Notes under the pieces: model-generated
The model's database searches: none
What the model was told of the DNA's origin: nothing
Seen by the model: only the letters and a program-made list of their open reading frames with translations
Shown here: piece by piece, positions 42,169 to 50,162 of the stretch
Layout of the letters: every line of letters begins with the position of its first letter
Numbering within the stretch: position 1 is the stretch's first letter
Translations under genes and position numbers: made by a program
IMG/VR virus record: IMGVR_UViG_3300025732_000016
Length of the DNA: 64,000 nt
Source of the DNA: a virus
Lineage: Duplodnaviria; Caudoviricetes
Reading direction: 5' to 3' (one strand)

Positions 42169-45100
42169 CACTCGAAAGAGACGCCTGATGGGGTGATTAC
42201 GAAGTCGACAGCAATGAATTCGATCGTCTTGGTCGGAATGAGGACGATCTTACCATTCAGTCTATTCTGTTCGGCGTCCTGTGGTGTGTTGTTAGTGTCA
42301 TCCATGATGACCCTGAACTTTTCGATGCCAGCCTGTGCCTGGATGAGCCCAAGCAGAGGGTTGACAGATGCGATGAACCTCGAGCGGACAGCGGGAGTGT
42401 TCTGCTCGAACAGCAGTCTTCCTGCCACGTCGCTTACAACTCTCTTGACCTCGAGGAGAAGACGTCTGACGTTCACTCTGTCGAGCGCGGACTTCTTCAG
42501 CTGTAGGGTTTTCTGTCCGAAGATGACGAACCCACCCGCCGGGAATGTCGCGATCGGGTTGATTCTCGCATCGTACAGTGTGTCCCTGTCTCCCTGGTTG
42601 AGCCTCACTTGGACGTTCGTGACGAAGTCAAGCGCTGCGCGGTTGAAACCAGCCGGGGCAAACCACGGGTAAGCAACCTTGTCGTTATAGGCAATCGCTC
42701 CAAGGGCAGCCACCGACGCTGGAACCTTTACTTTCTTGTTGAGATTGGCATCGTTGATGTAAACGTCTGGGAAGTACGTTGCAGCGTAGTTGTTGTCAAT
42801 CGTGAGGCTTGTGAAAGTCTCTGATGTCTGTCTTACCGATGGGCGCCTGCTCTCAGTATCGTCAAAGATGCGGAAACCGCTGTCATCATAGGATGGAATG
42901 TCTCTCACATATAGGGCAAGTGAGTAGTCTCTAACAGCGTCCTGGGCGTATGTCGTGACCAGCGGCTCTCTGATTCCCGGCACTGCGAGAATGTTGATGT
43001 TCGAGGAAACCTCATCAGTCAGGATATCGATTGCAGATCGATACGCGTAAACGACGTTGTTATTTGCTCCCGAACCAGCAGCATTGTTCACCAGGCCCGA
43101 TTCAACAGCACCGTTTGCCTTGCCGTCATCACCGCCAGTTCCTGTCTCTGTTGAAGACGCCTTGTCGTTCATAAGCCTGTTGTCACGGTCAAGAATGTTT
43201 AGACCATCAAACCCACCATAGAAGATCGAGGTGAACTTGTTGAACGATGCGAATCTGTTGAAGACTACAGACGATGATGCGACCAGAGTCGCAAGAGTTA
43301 CACGATTTGCTGAACCATAGCTGACTCTGTAATCGACTGAAGATGGTACGCCATCACGAACGTATGCAGCCTCTCTCATGTGAACCTCTGCGGTGCCAGT
43401 CACGGTGGAGAGAGATTGGTTCGCAAGAGCAACCCTCGCAAGCGTGAACTTGTTCGCGTTGAATGCATCTGCCGCCGAGCCCGTAACAAGAACATCCTGC
43501 TTGAAGATTCCTTGGAACTTCGTGTAGCTGTTCACCAGAGAATTCTGCAGTGTTCCAAGATTGTAGTTAAGAACCGCGTTGTCAACTGATGCAGTCGTGG
43601 GCATTGCTTGAACAACAACACCCCAGTACAGTCTTGAGTCTGCTCTTTCATTGGCACCAGGGCTTCCGATGTTTGCCGAACCGTTTGTCTCGGTCATCGT
43701 TCCTCGCGTGACCTTGAAGCGGTAGGGAAGAGGAGGAAGGATGGACGCTGTCAGCGGGCTCACCGCTGGGTTCACGAGCCTTGTGCCTCCCGAGAAAGTT
43801 GCGCCCTCAAAGTTGAGAGTCCCCAGATCGCTGTCTGTGAGATTATCGACGGTCTTCAGGACAGGCACTCCTCTGAATCCGAACGGAAGAGCAGGAGCAG
43901 GAATCTGACCGGCCTCGAGTAGGGGGTTCATAACAACCCTGAAGTTTACGCTCCTGTTCGGGTACTTACCAGAGATGATGAGCCTGCGTTCTGATCTCTC
44001 ATCAGTGTCGAAGTTCCAGTTGACCTTCTTGTCACCGATCGCCTTTGCGATGTAGTTCTCGGCCTTCGGGTTGAGACCTACAGCTGGGTAGTACTCGAGA
44101 CCCTGTGGGTTGAGATCGTCATCACTGAACTGGCGGAGGGTGACATCGAAGGTACCATAAGGCTGGTCTGGATCAGTGCTCGCCTGAATGTTCGAAATCG
44201 AGACCTTCAGCTTGTCATTCGCATATTCACCGTCAGAGATGGTCTCAAAGTGGAAGAGGTCATACTCATATGCACCGAAGGGCTGTGAGATGAACGAGGG
44301 GGTCTTTGGAGTTGTGAATCTCGTATCATAGCGACCGAAAGAGTTTCTCCAAGTGGAGTTGCCCGAAAGAATGAGAACTGTTGGGTCTGTGACTGCCGTT
44401 CCAGTTTGGACGGGAGCAAGCTCCTTCTCAATCGGAAAGTCGAGATAGAGGAGGTGCTTCTTCGTTGCGAAGAGGTCCGGATCGGTGTTGAGCACTCTCG
44501 AGATGTAAGCGTTGTCAGTCGGATCGAGAGATGCAGTTAGAATCTTCACCCCAACATATCCGTCGTCATTATCGAATGAAGAGCCTGCGGAAGAAGAGAT
44601 GATGATCTTGAACCTACGCGCAAGACCGTCAGTGAGGCTGTCTGGCCCAAGAGATGCAGAGAGGGCAAGGGGTGAGTACGTCTTGTCATAGGGAGCGACT
44701 TGGATTCTCGTGCCTGAAGCTGGAAAGATGACGCCGCGGATGAGGTTGACAGTCGTTCCACCAGCGTGTGATACAGAGAAGCTCGGATTGTCTGTGAAGA
44801 TTGGGAACCCTTCACTTTCTGTCGGTCCGGCAGTCGATGAGGAGATGTAGTGACGAGCAGCGATGAACTGGACAGTGCTGTCTGTGACCGTGCTTTCTGC
44901 AAGTGATGTAGCAGAGCTAATCTTGAAGCCAGCGTTTGTCACTGTTCCCTGCGTGTTAGTCGTGCCGATCTGCGAAAGCGTTGTGTTTGCACCCGCACCG
45001 AGAACTCTCAAGAAGGTGAGGGCCTGCTTGTGCTTAAGGAACTCGTTGACTGCATAGGGGGCGAAGCGCTGGGGATCGAGATCTCCGAAGCGCGCCGTGA

Positions 45101-45257
45101 AGTCTGTCATGTTCGCAATGGTGACAGGCACGAACGCTGGCCCCTTCTGGGCGGTTCCGATGATGCCACCTGGGACACCGACGGGCTGCTGAGCCCCGGC
45201 TACGAGCTCAATCTCCTGCTCGTAGAAGCCTGGGGAACGGAATGTCTGCTCGGCCAT
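42168..45257 (-). CDS. Tail sheath protein, copy 1 (gp18-like)
   Basis: SPGFYEQEIE, GTAQKGPAFVP, PWFAPAGFNR, FGQKTL...LDRVNVRRLL, LIPTKTIEFI. Confidence 0.92.
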   Translation of the reverse strand: MAEQTFRSPGFYEQEIELVAGAQQPVGVPGGIIGTAQKGPAFVPVTIANMTDFTARFGDLDPQRFAPYAVNEFLKHKQALTFLRVLGAGANTTLSQIGTTNTQGTVTNAGFKISSATSLAESTVTDSTVQFIAARHYISSSTAGPTESEGFPIFTDNPSFSVSHAGGTTVNLIRGVIFPASGTRIQVAPYDKTYSPLALSASLGPDSLTDGLARRFKIIISSSAGSSFDNDDGYVGVKILTASLDPTDNAYISRVLNTDPDLFATKKHLLYLDFPIEKELAPVQTGTAVTDPTVLILSGNSTWRNSFGRYDTRFTTPKTPSFISQPFGAYEYDLFHFETISDGEYANDKLKVSISNIQASTDPDQPYGTFDVTLRQFSDDDLNPQGLEYYPAVGLNPKAENYIAKAIGDKKVNWNFDTDERSERRLIISGKYPNRSVNFRVVMNPLLEAGQIPAPALPFGFRGVPVLKTVDNLTDSDLGTLNFEGATFSGGTRLVNPAVSPLTASILPPLPYRFKVTRGTMTETNGSANIGSPGANERADSRLYWGVVVQAMPTTASVDNAVLNYNLGTLQNSLVNSYTKFQGIFKQDVLVTGSAADAFNANKFTLARVALANQSLSTVTGTAEVHMREAAYVRDGVPSSVDYRVSYGSANRVTLATLVASSSVVFNRFASFNKFTSIFYGGFDGLNILDRDNRLMNDKASSTETGTGGDDGKANGAVESGLVNNAAGSGANNNVVYAYRSAIDILTDEVSSNINILAVPGIREPLVTTYAQDAVRDYSLALYVRDIPSYDDSGFRIFDDTESRRPSVRQTSETFTSLTIDNNYAATYFPDVYINDANLNKKVKVPASVAALGAIAYNDKVAYPWFAPAGFNRAALDFVTNVQVRLNQGDRDTLYDARINPIATFPAGGFVIFGQKTLQLKKSALDRVNVRRLLLEVKRVVSDVAGRLLFEQNTPAVRSRFIASVNPLLGLIQAQAGIEKFRVIMDDTNNTPQDAEQNRLNGKIVLIPTKTIEFIAVDFVITPSGVSFE

Positions 45258-45289
45258 TGTTGTCTCCTGGAAGTGAAGTAACTCAGGAC

Positions 45290-45296
45290 TAAGTAT
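45290..45296 (-). promoter_or_regulatory. Putative late promoter ATACTTA
   Basis: 32 nt before sheath-1 ATG. Confidence 0.55.
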
Positions 45297-45324
45297 ACAG
45301 CGAGAAAGCGATTTCTATTCTGCT

Positions 45325-46581
45325 TCACAACTTTGAGAAGTCAGAGATGGCGATCACTTCTTCACCCTTGCGTGGGTTCGCATCGACGACGTGACCGACG
45401 ACTCTACCCCTCTTGCCAGTCACTGGATCAATATCGTAGACTACTCTCCGCGTCCTCGTCTTGACAGTGTCAGTATTACCCACCGCTGAGCCGTTGGGCT
45501 TGATGTCGCGCAGAACTCTGCTTGCGTCTGCCCTGTCGGCGCCTGCCTGTGACTCTGCCTGTGACTTCCCATTCTCGCCAACGGTCCCAGAGGGTCTCTC
45601 AGTGTCATCAGTTGCAACTTCCGACAGGATATAGGTATCCACCTTTCCACTGGGTACGGGTGTCTCCTGTGATCTCTCAGAGTCTCCGATGTATGCTCCG
45701 AATGATATCGTAGGCGCAGAAATGTAAGAACGGATTCCGCTAGGGATTCCTCTCACCTCGGGGAGAATGAGGTATCCCGGGACTTCCGCAGTGATCGTCG
45801 CCTTCGCCACCCTTTCTTCATCATTGAAACCGTCAAAATTGTTTCCTGATCCGATGGACGCCTCAAAGTAAGCGACAAACCAGTAGCCCTTTTTGGTAGT
45901 GATCTTTATGGAGCGATTGCCAGGTTGGATGTACGATCCCATGAGAGTCGTGATCATCTCATTGAGGTGACCGACATACTGCGCCCAAAAAGTAATTTCA
46001 TACTTCAGCGTGAAGTATTTTGGCATGGGTATGACGAGAACTTCGTACAATCCACGCTTCAGGTTTGGGTTGAGCTGTCTCCCAGTTGACTCGTAATAGT
46101 CACGCTCCAGATTGTTAGTATTTCCAGCTCCCTCTGTAGGAGCGTTCCTAAAGCCGTGTGTGTTCTGCAATGCCTGGTACAGCGGGTCATCAGCAGAGAT
46201 TCTCTTCTTGATGACGAGCTCATTGAAGCGGTCTGATATTCCTGAGCCCTTTGTGGAATCCTGCTCTACGCCAGAACGAGATATCGAGATGATCGGGAGA
46301 ATGAGTGCATTATTCCTGTCACGCAGAGGGGACTTTTTCGATGCGAGAGCAAATCTTTCTCCCGTTGCAAAGACAACCGGTATCTTTCTGATCTCATCGT
46401 TGTCCTTTGAAGCCTTGTAGGTGAACGGTAGAACCTTGTCGAAGAGCTCGAAGAAAGCTCTGTCAACGTCCTCGATGCCGCAAGGAGGAAGCGAGAAATC
46501 TTTTGGTACGTTAGACCCCTCGTACCCACTCGGCAACACCCCTGGGATGTCAAGCCTCTTATCGTACCTTGTCTGCATCAT
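45325..46581 (-). CDS. Tail completion/terminator-like protein (gp15-like)
   Basis: IEDVDRAF, IPVVF..GER, LPIISISR, PKYFTLKYEITFWAQY; between neck and sheath genes. Confidence 0.7.
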   Translation of the reverse strand: MMQTRYDKRLDIPGVLPSGYEGSNVPKDFSLPPCGIEDVDRAFFELFDKVLPFTYKASKDNDEIRKIPVVFATGERFALASKKSPLRDRNNALILPIISISRSGVEQDSTKGSGISDRFNELVIKKRISADDPLYQALQNTHGFRNAPTEGAGNTNNLERDYYESTGRQLNPNLKRGLYEVLVIPMPKYFTLKYEITFWAQYVGHLNEMITTLMGSYIQPGNRSIKITTKKGYWFVAYFEASIGSGNNFDGFNDEERVAKATITAEVPGYLILPEVRGIPSGIRSYISAPTISFGAYIGDSERSQETPVPSGKVDTYILSEVATDDTERPSGTVGENGKSQAESQAGADRADASRVLRDIKPNGSAVGNTDTVKTRTRRVVYDIDPVTGKRGRVVGHVVDANPRKGEEVIAISDFSKL

Positions 46582-47231
46582 TCATCTCCGTAGAATGAGG
46601 AACCGGTAGCATCCTCAGTCACTCGGCGAGGCTGCGATAGAGGTGCGTCAAGAACACCCTTGTCCTGTAGAGTACGAACATCATTGGTCTCTCCAACTGT
46701 ATTCTTCTCATAGCCCCTCTGCTGCTCGAATGTTTCTTGGATAGCATTCGAATCCGTGAAGTTGTCTCCAAGAGGACCGAGAGGAGCCTTCCCAATTTGT
46801 CCCTCACGAGCCTGCTTGCCGGTGATCTTGTACCCTGTGACGTGCTCTATCTGTCCAAAGATTTTGCTGATGGGAATGAGAGACGTCGCCTCGTAGAATG
46901 TCGGACCGTATGAGAAGTAATCACCCTCTCTAATGACGACGTTCTTGTCCAGCAGGTCTCTCTGGTGTATCATGACGTTGACGGTACCCTTCGTTTCAGA
47001 GCCGAACTGGTTTGTGTTGATCTCTGGAGATGTCCACTCAACGAGAGCTTCAAGCTCGACGGGAGGATCGAAGACCTTCTCCGTCGCCTCTTCATACACA
47101 TCGTGGACCTGTGTGAGCTCTTCTCTCACGCGGTAGTAGTAAATCTTCTGTCCGATGACGTCCTTGATGACCTCTTTTGTGAGGTCTGAGATGAGGTCGA
47201 GCTCTCTCGTCGTGATGAAGAGTCTTGCCAC
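46578..47231 (-). CDS. Head closure/neck protein (gp14-like)
   Basis: GQKIYYY...DVYEEATEKVFDPPVEL; position after gp13-like. Confidence 0.7.
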   Translation of the reverse strand: MARLFITTRELDLISDLTKEVIKDVIGQKIYYYRVREELTQVHDVYEEATEKVFDPPVELEALVEWTSPEINTNQFGSETKGTVNVMIHQRDLLDKNVVIREGDYFSYGPTFYEATSLIPISKIFGQIEHVTGYKITGKQAREGQIGKAPLGPLGDNFTDSNAIQETFEQQRGYEKNTVGETNDVRTLQDKGVLDAPLSQPRRVTEDATGSSFYGDE

Positions 47232-47234
47232 GGA

Positions 47235-48404
47235 TCACCCGATGCTTATCGCGCGGCCCAGGGGTATGGGAACTGCGCGAAGTATCTTCTGGAGATTGTC
47301 GACCTTTGTCGCCTGGGTCTCGACGAGCTTATCGTGTGTGAGAGTGTCGAGCATCTCCTTCAGCTGCGTGATGAGTTTTTCCTTCTCCTCTCTGCCCTGT
47401 GAGACGAGGTCACCCCCGTTCAGCTGTAGTTCTGCACCCGGTATGGGTATGCTGCCGAACTTTGACCTCACAAGACCGAGGACTTCTTTGCTCAGCGCCA
47501 GAGTGTATTGTCTGGTCCATTGCCTTCCAATCGAGTTAATTCTGCTGTACACAAAGTTACCGAACGGAACGTTCGATAGGTTGCTCACGCCATAGATCGT
47601 ATTGTCGGCAAGCGCTGGGTTGAAGGGGTCTTGTTGAAAACCGACGCTGATCCAAAGCTTTGGAGGATTGTCAGCAACAGGCATCGGGAAGATGCGAAGC
47701 TTCGTCCCGACTATCATGTAGCTGTAATTTGAACGACGAACCTTGTTCGATATCTTCATCTGGCCGCCACGAAGAATGTCTTCAAAAACCGGAAGTACGT
47801 AGAAGACAGTCTCAGGAGTGAATGACTCGAAGCTAAACTCATTGTTGAGATAATTGATCGCAGAGGTAGTGTCGAAGAACCTGTAAGCGGCTGCAGGGCT
47901 GAAGTGTGAGACTTCAAAGATTCTCATCTTTCCGCGTGAAGGGTTCAGGGAAGAAGAAACAAGCGGAACTCCAGAGGTGTCAACTAGATCCGTGTACAGG
48001 TCATAGTCCTGTCTGCTGTGCTGTAATTGAATCGATCCAGAGACCGTGTTGTAACTGCCCCCGAGTCCCGCAGTAGAGATGTATGGCTCTGCTAGACGAA
48101 GCGCAAACTCAAGCGTTTCTCTTGGAAGCTTCTGCTCTTTCCCACTGAGTGAACCCGTTGCAGCGCCCATCAGGTTCATCAGCTGAGACTTTGCTTGGTA
48201 CTGGTTGACAACTGCACCGTACTCGCAAAAGGCTTCTTCGAAGCACGCCCATATTTGCTTAGAGGTGAGCTCTACTGACAGAATATCGTCGCCGAGCTTC
48301 CTCTTCACAAAAGTGATCATCGCATCGGCCTCTGACTGGAACTCGGAGTCCGTGTCGAAGAAACCGAACGGTGTTGGAGCCTGTGTGTTCGCGAAACTCG
48401 CCAT
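47235..48404 (-). CDS. Neck adaptor protein (gp13-like)
   Basis: RKLG..ILSVELT, WTRQYTLALSKEVLG..RSKFG..P.PG....LNG; late motif upstream. Confidence 0.82.
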   Translation of the reverse strand: MASFANTQAPTPFGFFDTDSEFQSEADAMITFVKRKLGDDILSVELTSKQIWACFEEAFCEYGAVVNQYQAKSQLMNLMGAATGSLSGKEQKLPRETLEFALRLAEPYISTAGLGGSYNTVSGSIQLQHSRQDYDLYTDLVDTSGVPLVSSSLNPSRGKMRIFEVSHFSPAAAYRFFDTTSAINYLNNEFSFESFTPETVFYVLPVFEDILRGGQMKISNKVRRSNYSYMIVGTKLRIFPMPVADNPPKLWISVGFQQDPFNPALADNTIYGVSNLSNVPFGNFVYSRINSIGRQWTRQYTLALSKEVLGLVRSKFGSIPIPGAELQLNGGDLVSQGREEKEKLITQLKEMLDTLTHDKLVETQATKVDNLQKILRAVPIPLGRAISIG

Positions 48405-48419
48405 CTTCTCTCCCCATCC

Positions 48420-48426
48420 TAACTAT
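48420..48426 (-). promoter_or_regulatory. Putative late promoter ATAGTTA
   Basis: 15 nt before ATG 48404. Confidence 0.55.
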
Positions 48427-48453
48427 GACAGGGAGAGAGATTTAATCCAGACA

Positions 48454-49497
48454 TCAACCCTTTATCAGACCAGCGAGCTTCTGCCAACGTTCAAGAATGA
48501 CTTCATCATCTCTCGAGGTTGACTCCTTTTTCGGAGCAAAGGGCTCATTGACATTGAAATCACCGGATTGAAGACCCACGTAAATTTCGCCCTTGACCTT
48601 CTTCTTGTCTCCCATCGACTTGTGATCGAATTGCGGCATGTCTGCTCGAGGAGGTGCATTGGGGTTCTTGGGAAGAGTAGAAAGATTGTCAGCGACCTTG
48701 TCTGCTATGGCGTCCAAGACTTTTTCCCTTTCATCTCCAACCTCAAAACCCGCCCACTTTGCTATCACAGGATCATTTGCTGATGCTGCGAGCATCTCAT
48801 CATTGAGAAGGGGTCCTGGAGCATCAGGGTCAGTTTGCGTTCCCACGTTGTCGAGAATCATCGTCTTAATGGCATCCTTGCCTTTTCCGAGGATGTTGTA
48901 GGGAATCGGGTCTTCGGCAGAGGGTTGCGGAAGAGAGGCAGGCTTGTAGGCAGCAATTGCGAGCTGGGCTGCAGCGAGCTTCTGGTCGGTGTTACCCTTG
49001 AAACCCATGTCCTGCACGCTAATCTTGCCCTTATCACCACCAGAGATGCCCCAAACACCTGACCAGCGGTGATGTCCGTCAAGCACCTCATTGCCAGCGA
49101 CAGAGATCGAACCTGGTGCTCCGCTTGTGTTGGAAGTGACCATCTTCTTGAGATCGTTGAACCCACCCAGAGGGTAAGCGACAGACTTCATGAGGTCAAT
49201 TTCATTCTGTGTGGGTATGAAGTCAGAGACGCTGGCTGTCGTGCCTCCGCCGATGTCGACATTGTCATCGTTCCCAAGTTTATCGTGCGCTCCCTGCAGC
49301 GCTGTCTTGAGCTCTTCCTTGTCAGGATAGGAGTTCGCAAGTTTTCTCACCGCCCCGGGTCCTGAGTCGGCGGCCTTCTTTATTTCGTCTTCGACATCTT
49401 CGAAGAGATAAGAGGAAAGTGACCTTCTTCTGGGCACTCTGCTTTTTGCAATCTCCTCAAGAACGAGCCTGCGGATAGTTGAGTGATCGAGCTTCAT
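48454..49497 (-). CDS. ParB/Srx-like domain protein with capsid-targeting-like termini
   Basis: FIPTQNEID..KS and VLDGHHRW; N-terminus IRRLVLEE...YLFE, C-terminus ILERWQKLAGLIKG. Confidence 0.65.
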   Translation of the reverse strand: MKLDHSTIRRLVLEEIAKSRVPRRRSLSSYLFEDVEDEIKKAADSGPGAVRKLANSYPDKEELKTALQGAHDKLGNDDNVDIGGGTTASVSDFIPTQNEIDLMKSVAYPLGGFNDLKKMVTSNTSGAPGSISVAGNEVLDGHHRWSGVWGISGGDKGKISVQDMGFKGNTDQKLAAAQLAIAAYKPASLPQPSAEDPIPYNILGKGKDAIKTMILDNVGTQTDPDAPGPLLNDEMLAASANDPVIAKWAGFEVGDEREKVLDAIADKVADNLSTLPKNPNAPPRADMPQFDHKSMGDKKKVKGEIYVGLQSGDFNVNEPFAPKKESTSRDDEVILERWQKLAGLIKG

Positions 49498-49519
49498 TTG
49501 CTACAAACTCCTGTGAGTC

Positions 49520-49526
49520 TATGTAT
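49520..49526 (-). promoter_or_regulatory. Putative late promoter (GTGA)ATACATA
   Basis: 22 nt before ATG 49497, immediately after a terminator. Confidence 0.6.
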
Positions 49527-49532
49527 TCACTT

Positions 49533-49566
49533 AAAAACGACAGCGGGAGCGCAAAGGCTCCCGCTG
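49533..49566 (-). terminator. Rho-independent terminator
   Basis: CAGCGGGAGC-CTTTGC-GCTCCCGCTG then TCGTTTTT. Confidence 0.8.
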
Positions 49567-49584
49567 AAGCATTGTTTTGAAGAG

Positions 49585-50013
49585 TTACGCGATGGTTACA
49601 GAGCCAGAACCGGGCATCACAATGTAGTTGACACCGTCTGACACGAGAGCAACGGAAGCTCCAGCAACTCCCTGTAGAGTCAGCGAGCCCCCATTCTTGA
49701 CTGAGCCGGCAGCCGTGTTTCCTAGCACGAAGACCTTAGTCCCCGCAGCTTCCCCAGAACCAGTTAGGATGTTGGCATTTGCGTCGCCGTTCCTAAAGAT
49801 GAACATACCGCCTGGATACGTCGACGCGCGCGGCAATTCAACAGTGGCAACAGCTCCCGCAGTCACCACGTAAAGTCCCGGAAGAGAGCCGGTATTGTTT
49901 GCGGCTGACGTGATTGTTGTAGTAGTAGTTGTGTATGGGAAAGTACTGAACTGAACTCCCGAGCCTGCCTCTTGAATAAGGCCTTTTCCTGTCGTGTATG
50001 TTACCTTTGGCAT
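49585..50013 (-). CDS. Small beta-rich virion protein (possible head decoration)
   Basis: 142 aa T/G/A-rich, own late promoter and terminator, directly after the major capsid gene; GGAGG SD. Confidence 0.55.
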   Translation of the reverse strand: MPKVTYTTGKGLIQEAGSGVQFSTFPYTTTTTTITSAANNTGSLPGLYVVTAGAVATVELPRASTYPGGMFIFRNGDANANILTGSGEAAGTKVFVLGNTAAGSVKNGGSLTLQGVAGASVALVSDGVNYIVMPGSGSVTIA

Positions 50014-50085
50014 GTGATCCTCCTATGCTCCGAAAGCTTCCAGTCATCTGTCGGTGTCAGATGATCACTAGACTGGGCTTGACTT
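50014..50085 (-). promoter_or_regulatory. Structured 5' leader sharing motifs with 5853..5995
   Basis: CCAGUC/GACUGG enclosing UCAUCUG/CAGAUGA; contains AGCCCAGUC and GAUCA-N6-ACCGACAG. Confidence 0.5.
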
Positions 50086-50092
50086 TATGTAT
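50086..50092 (-). promoter_or_regulatory. Putative late promoter (GGTGA)ATACATA
   Basis: 72 nt before ATG 50013, just after the capsid terminator. Confidence 0.6.
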
Positions 50093-50109
50093 TCACCTCT
50101 GCAAGATTA

Positions 50110-50139
50110 AACTACAACGGCCACCCCGAAGGGTGGCCG
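50110..50139 (-). terminator. Terminator with cUUCGg tetraloop after the major capsid gene
   Basis: CGGCCACCC-TTCG-GGGTGGCCG then TTGTAGTTT. Confidence 0.8.
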
Positions 50140-50162
50140 CGTAGCGCCTAACGGCTAGAACA

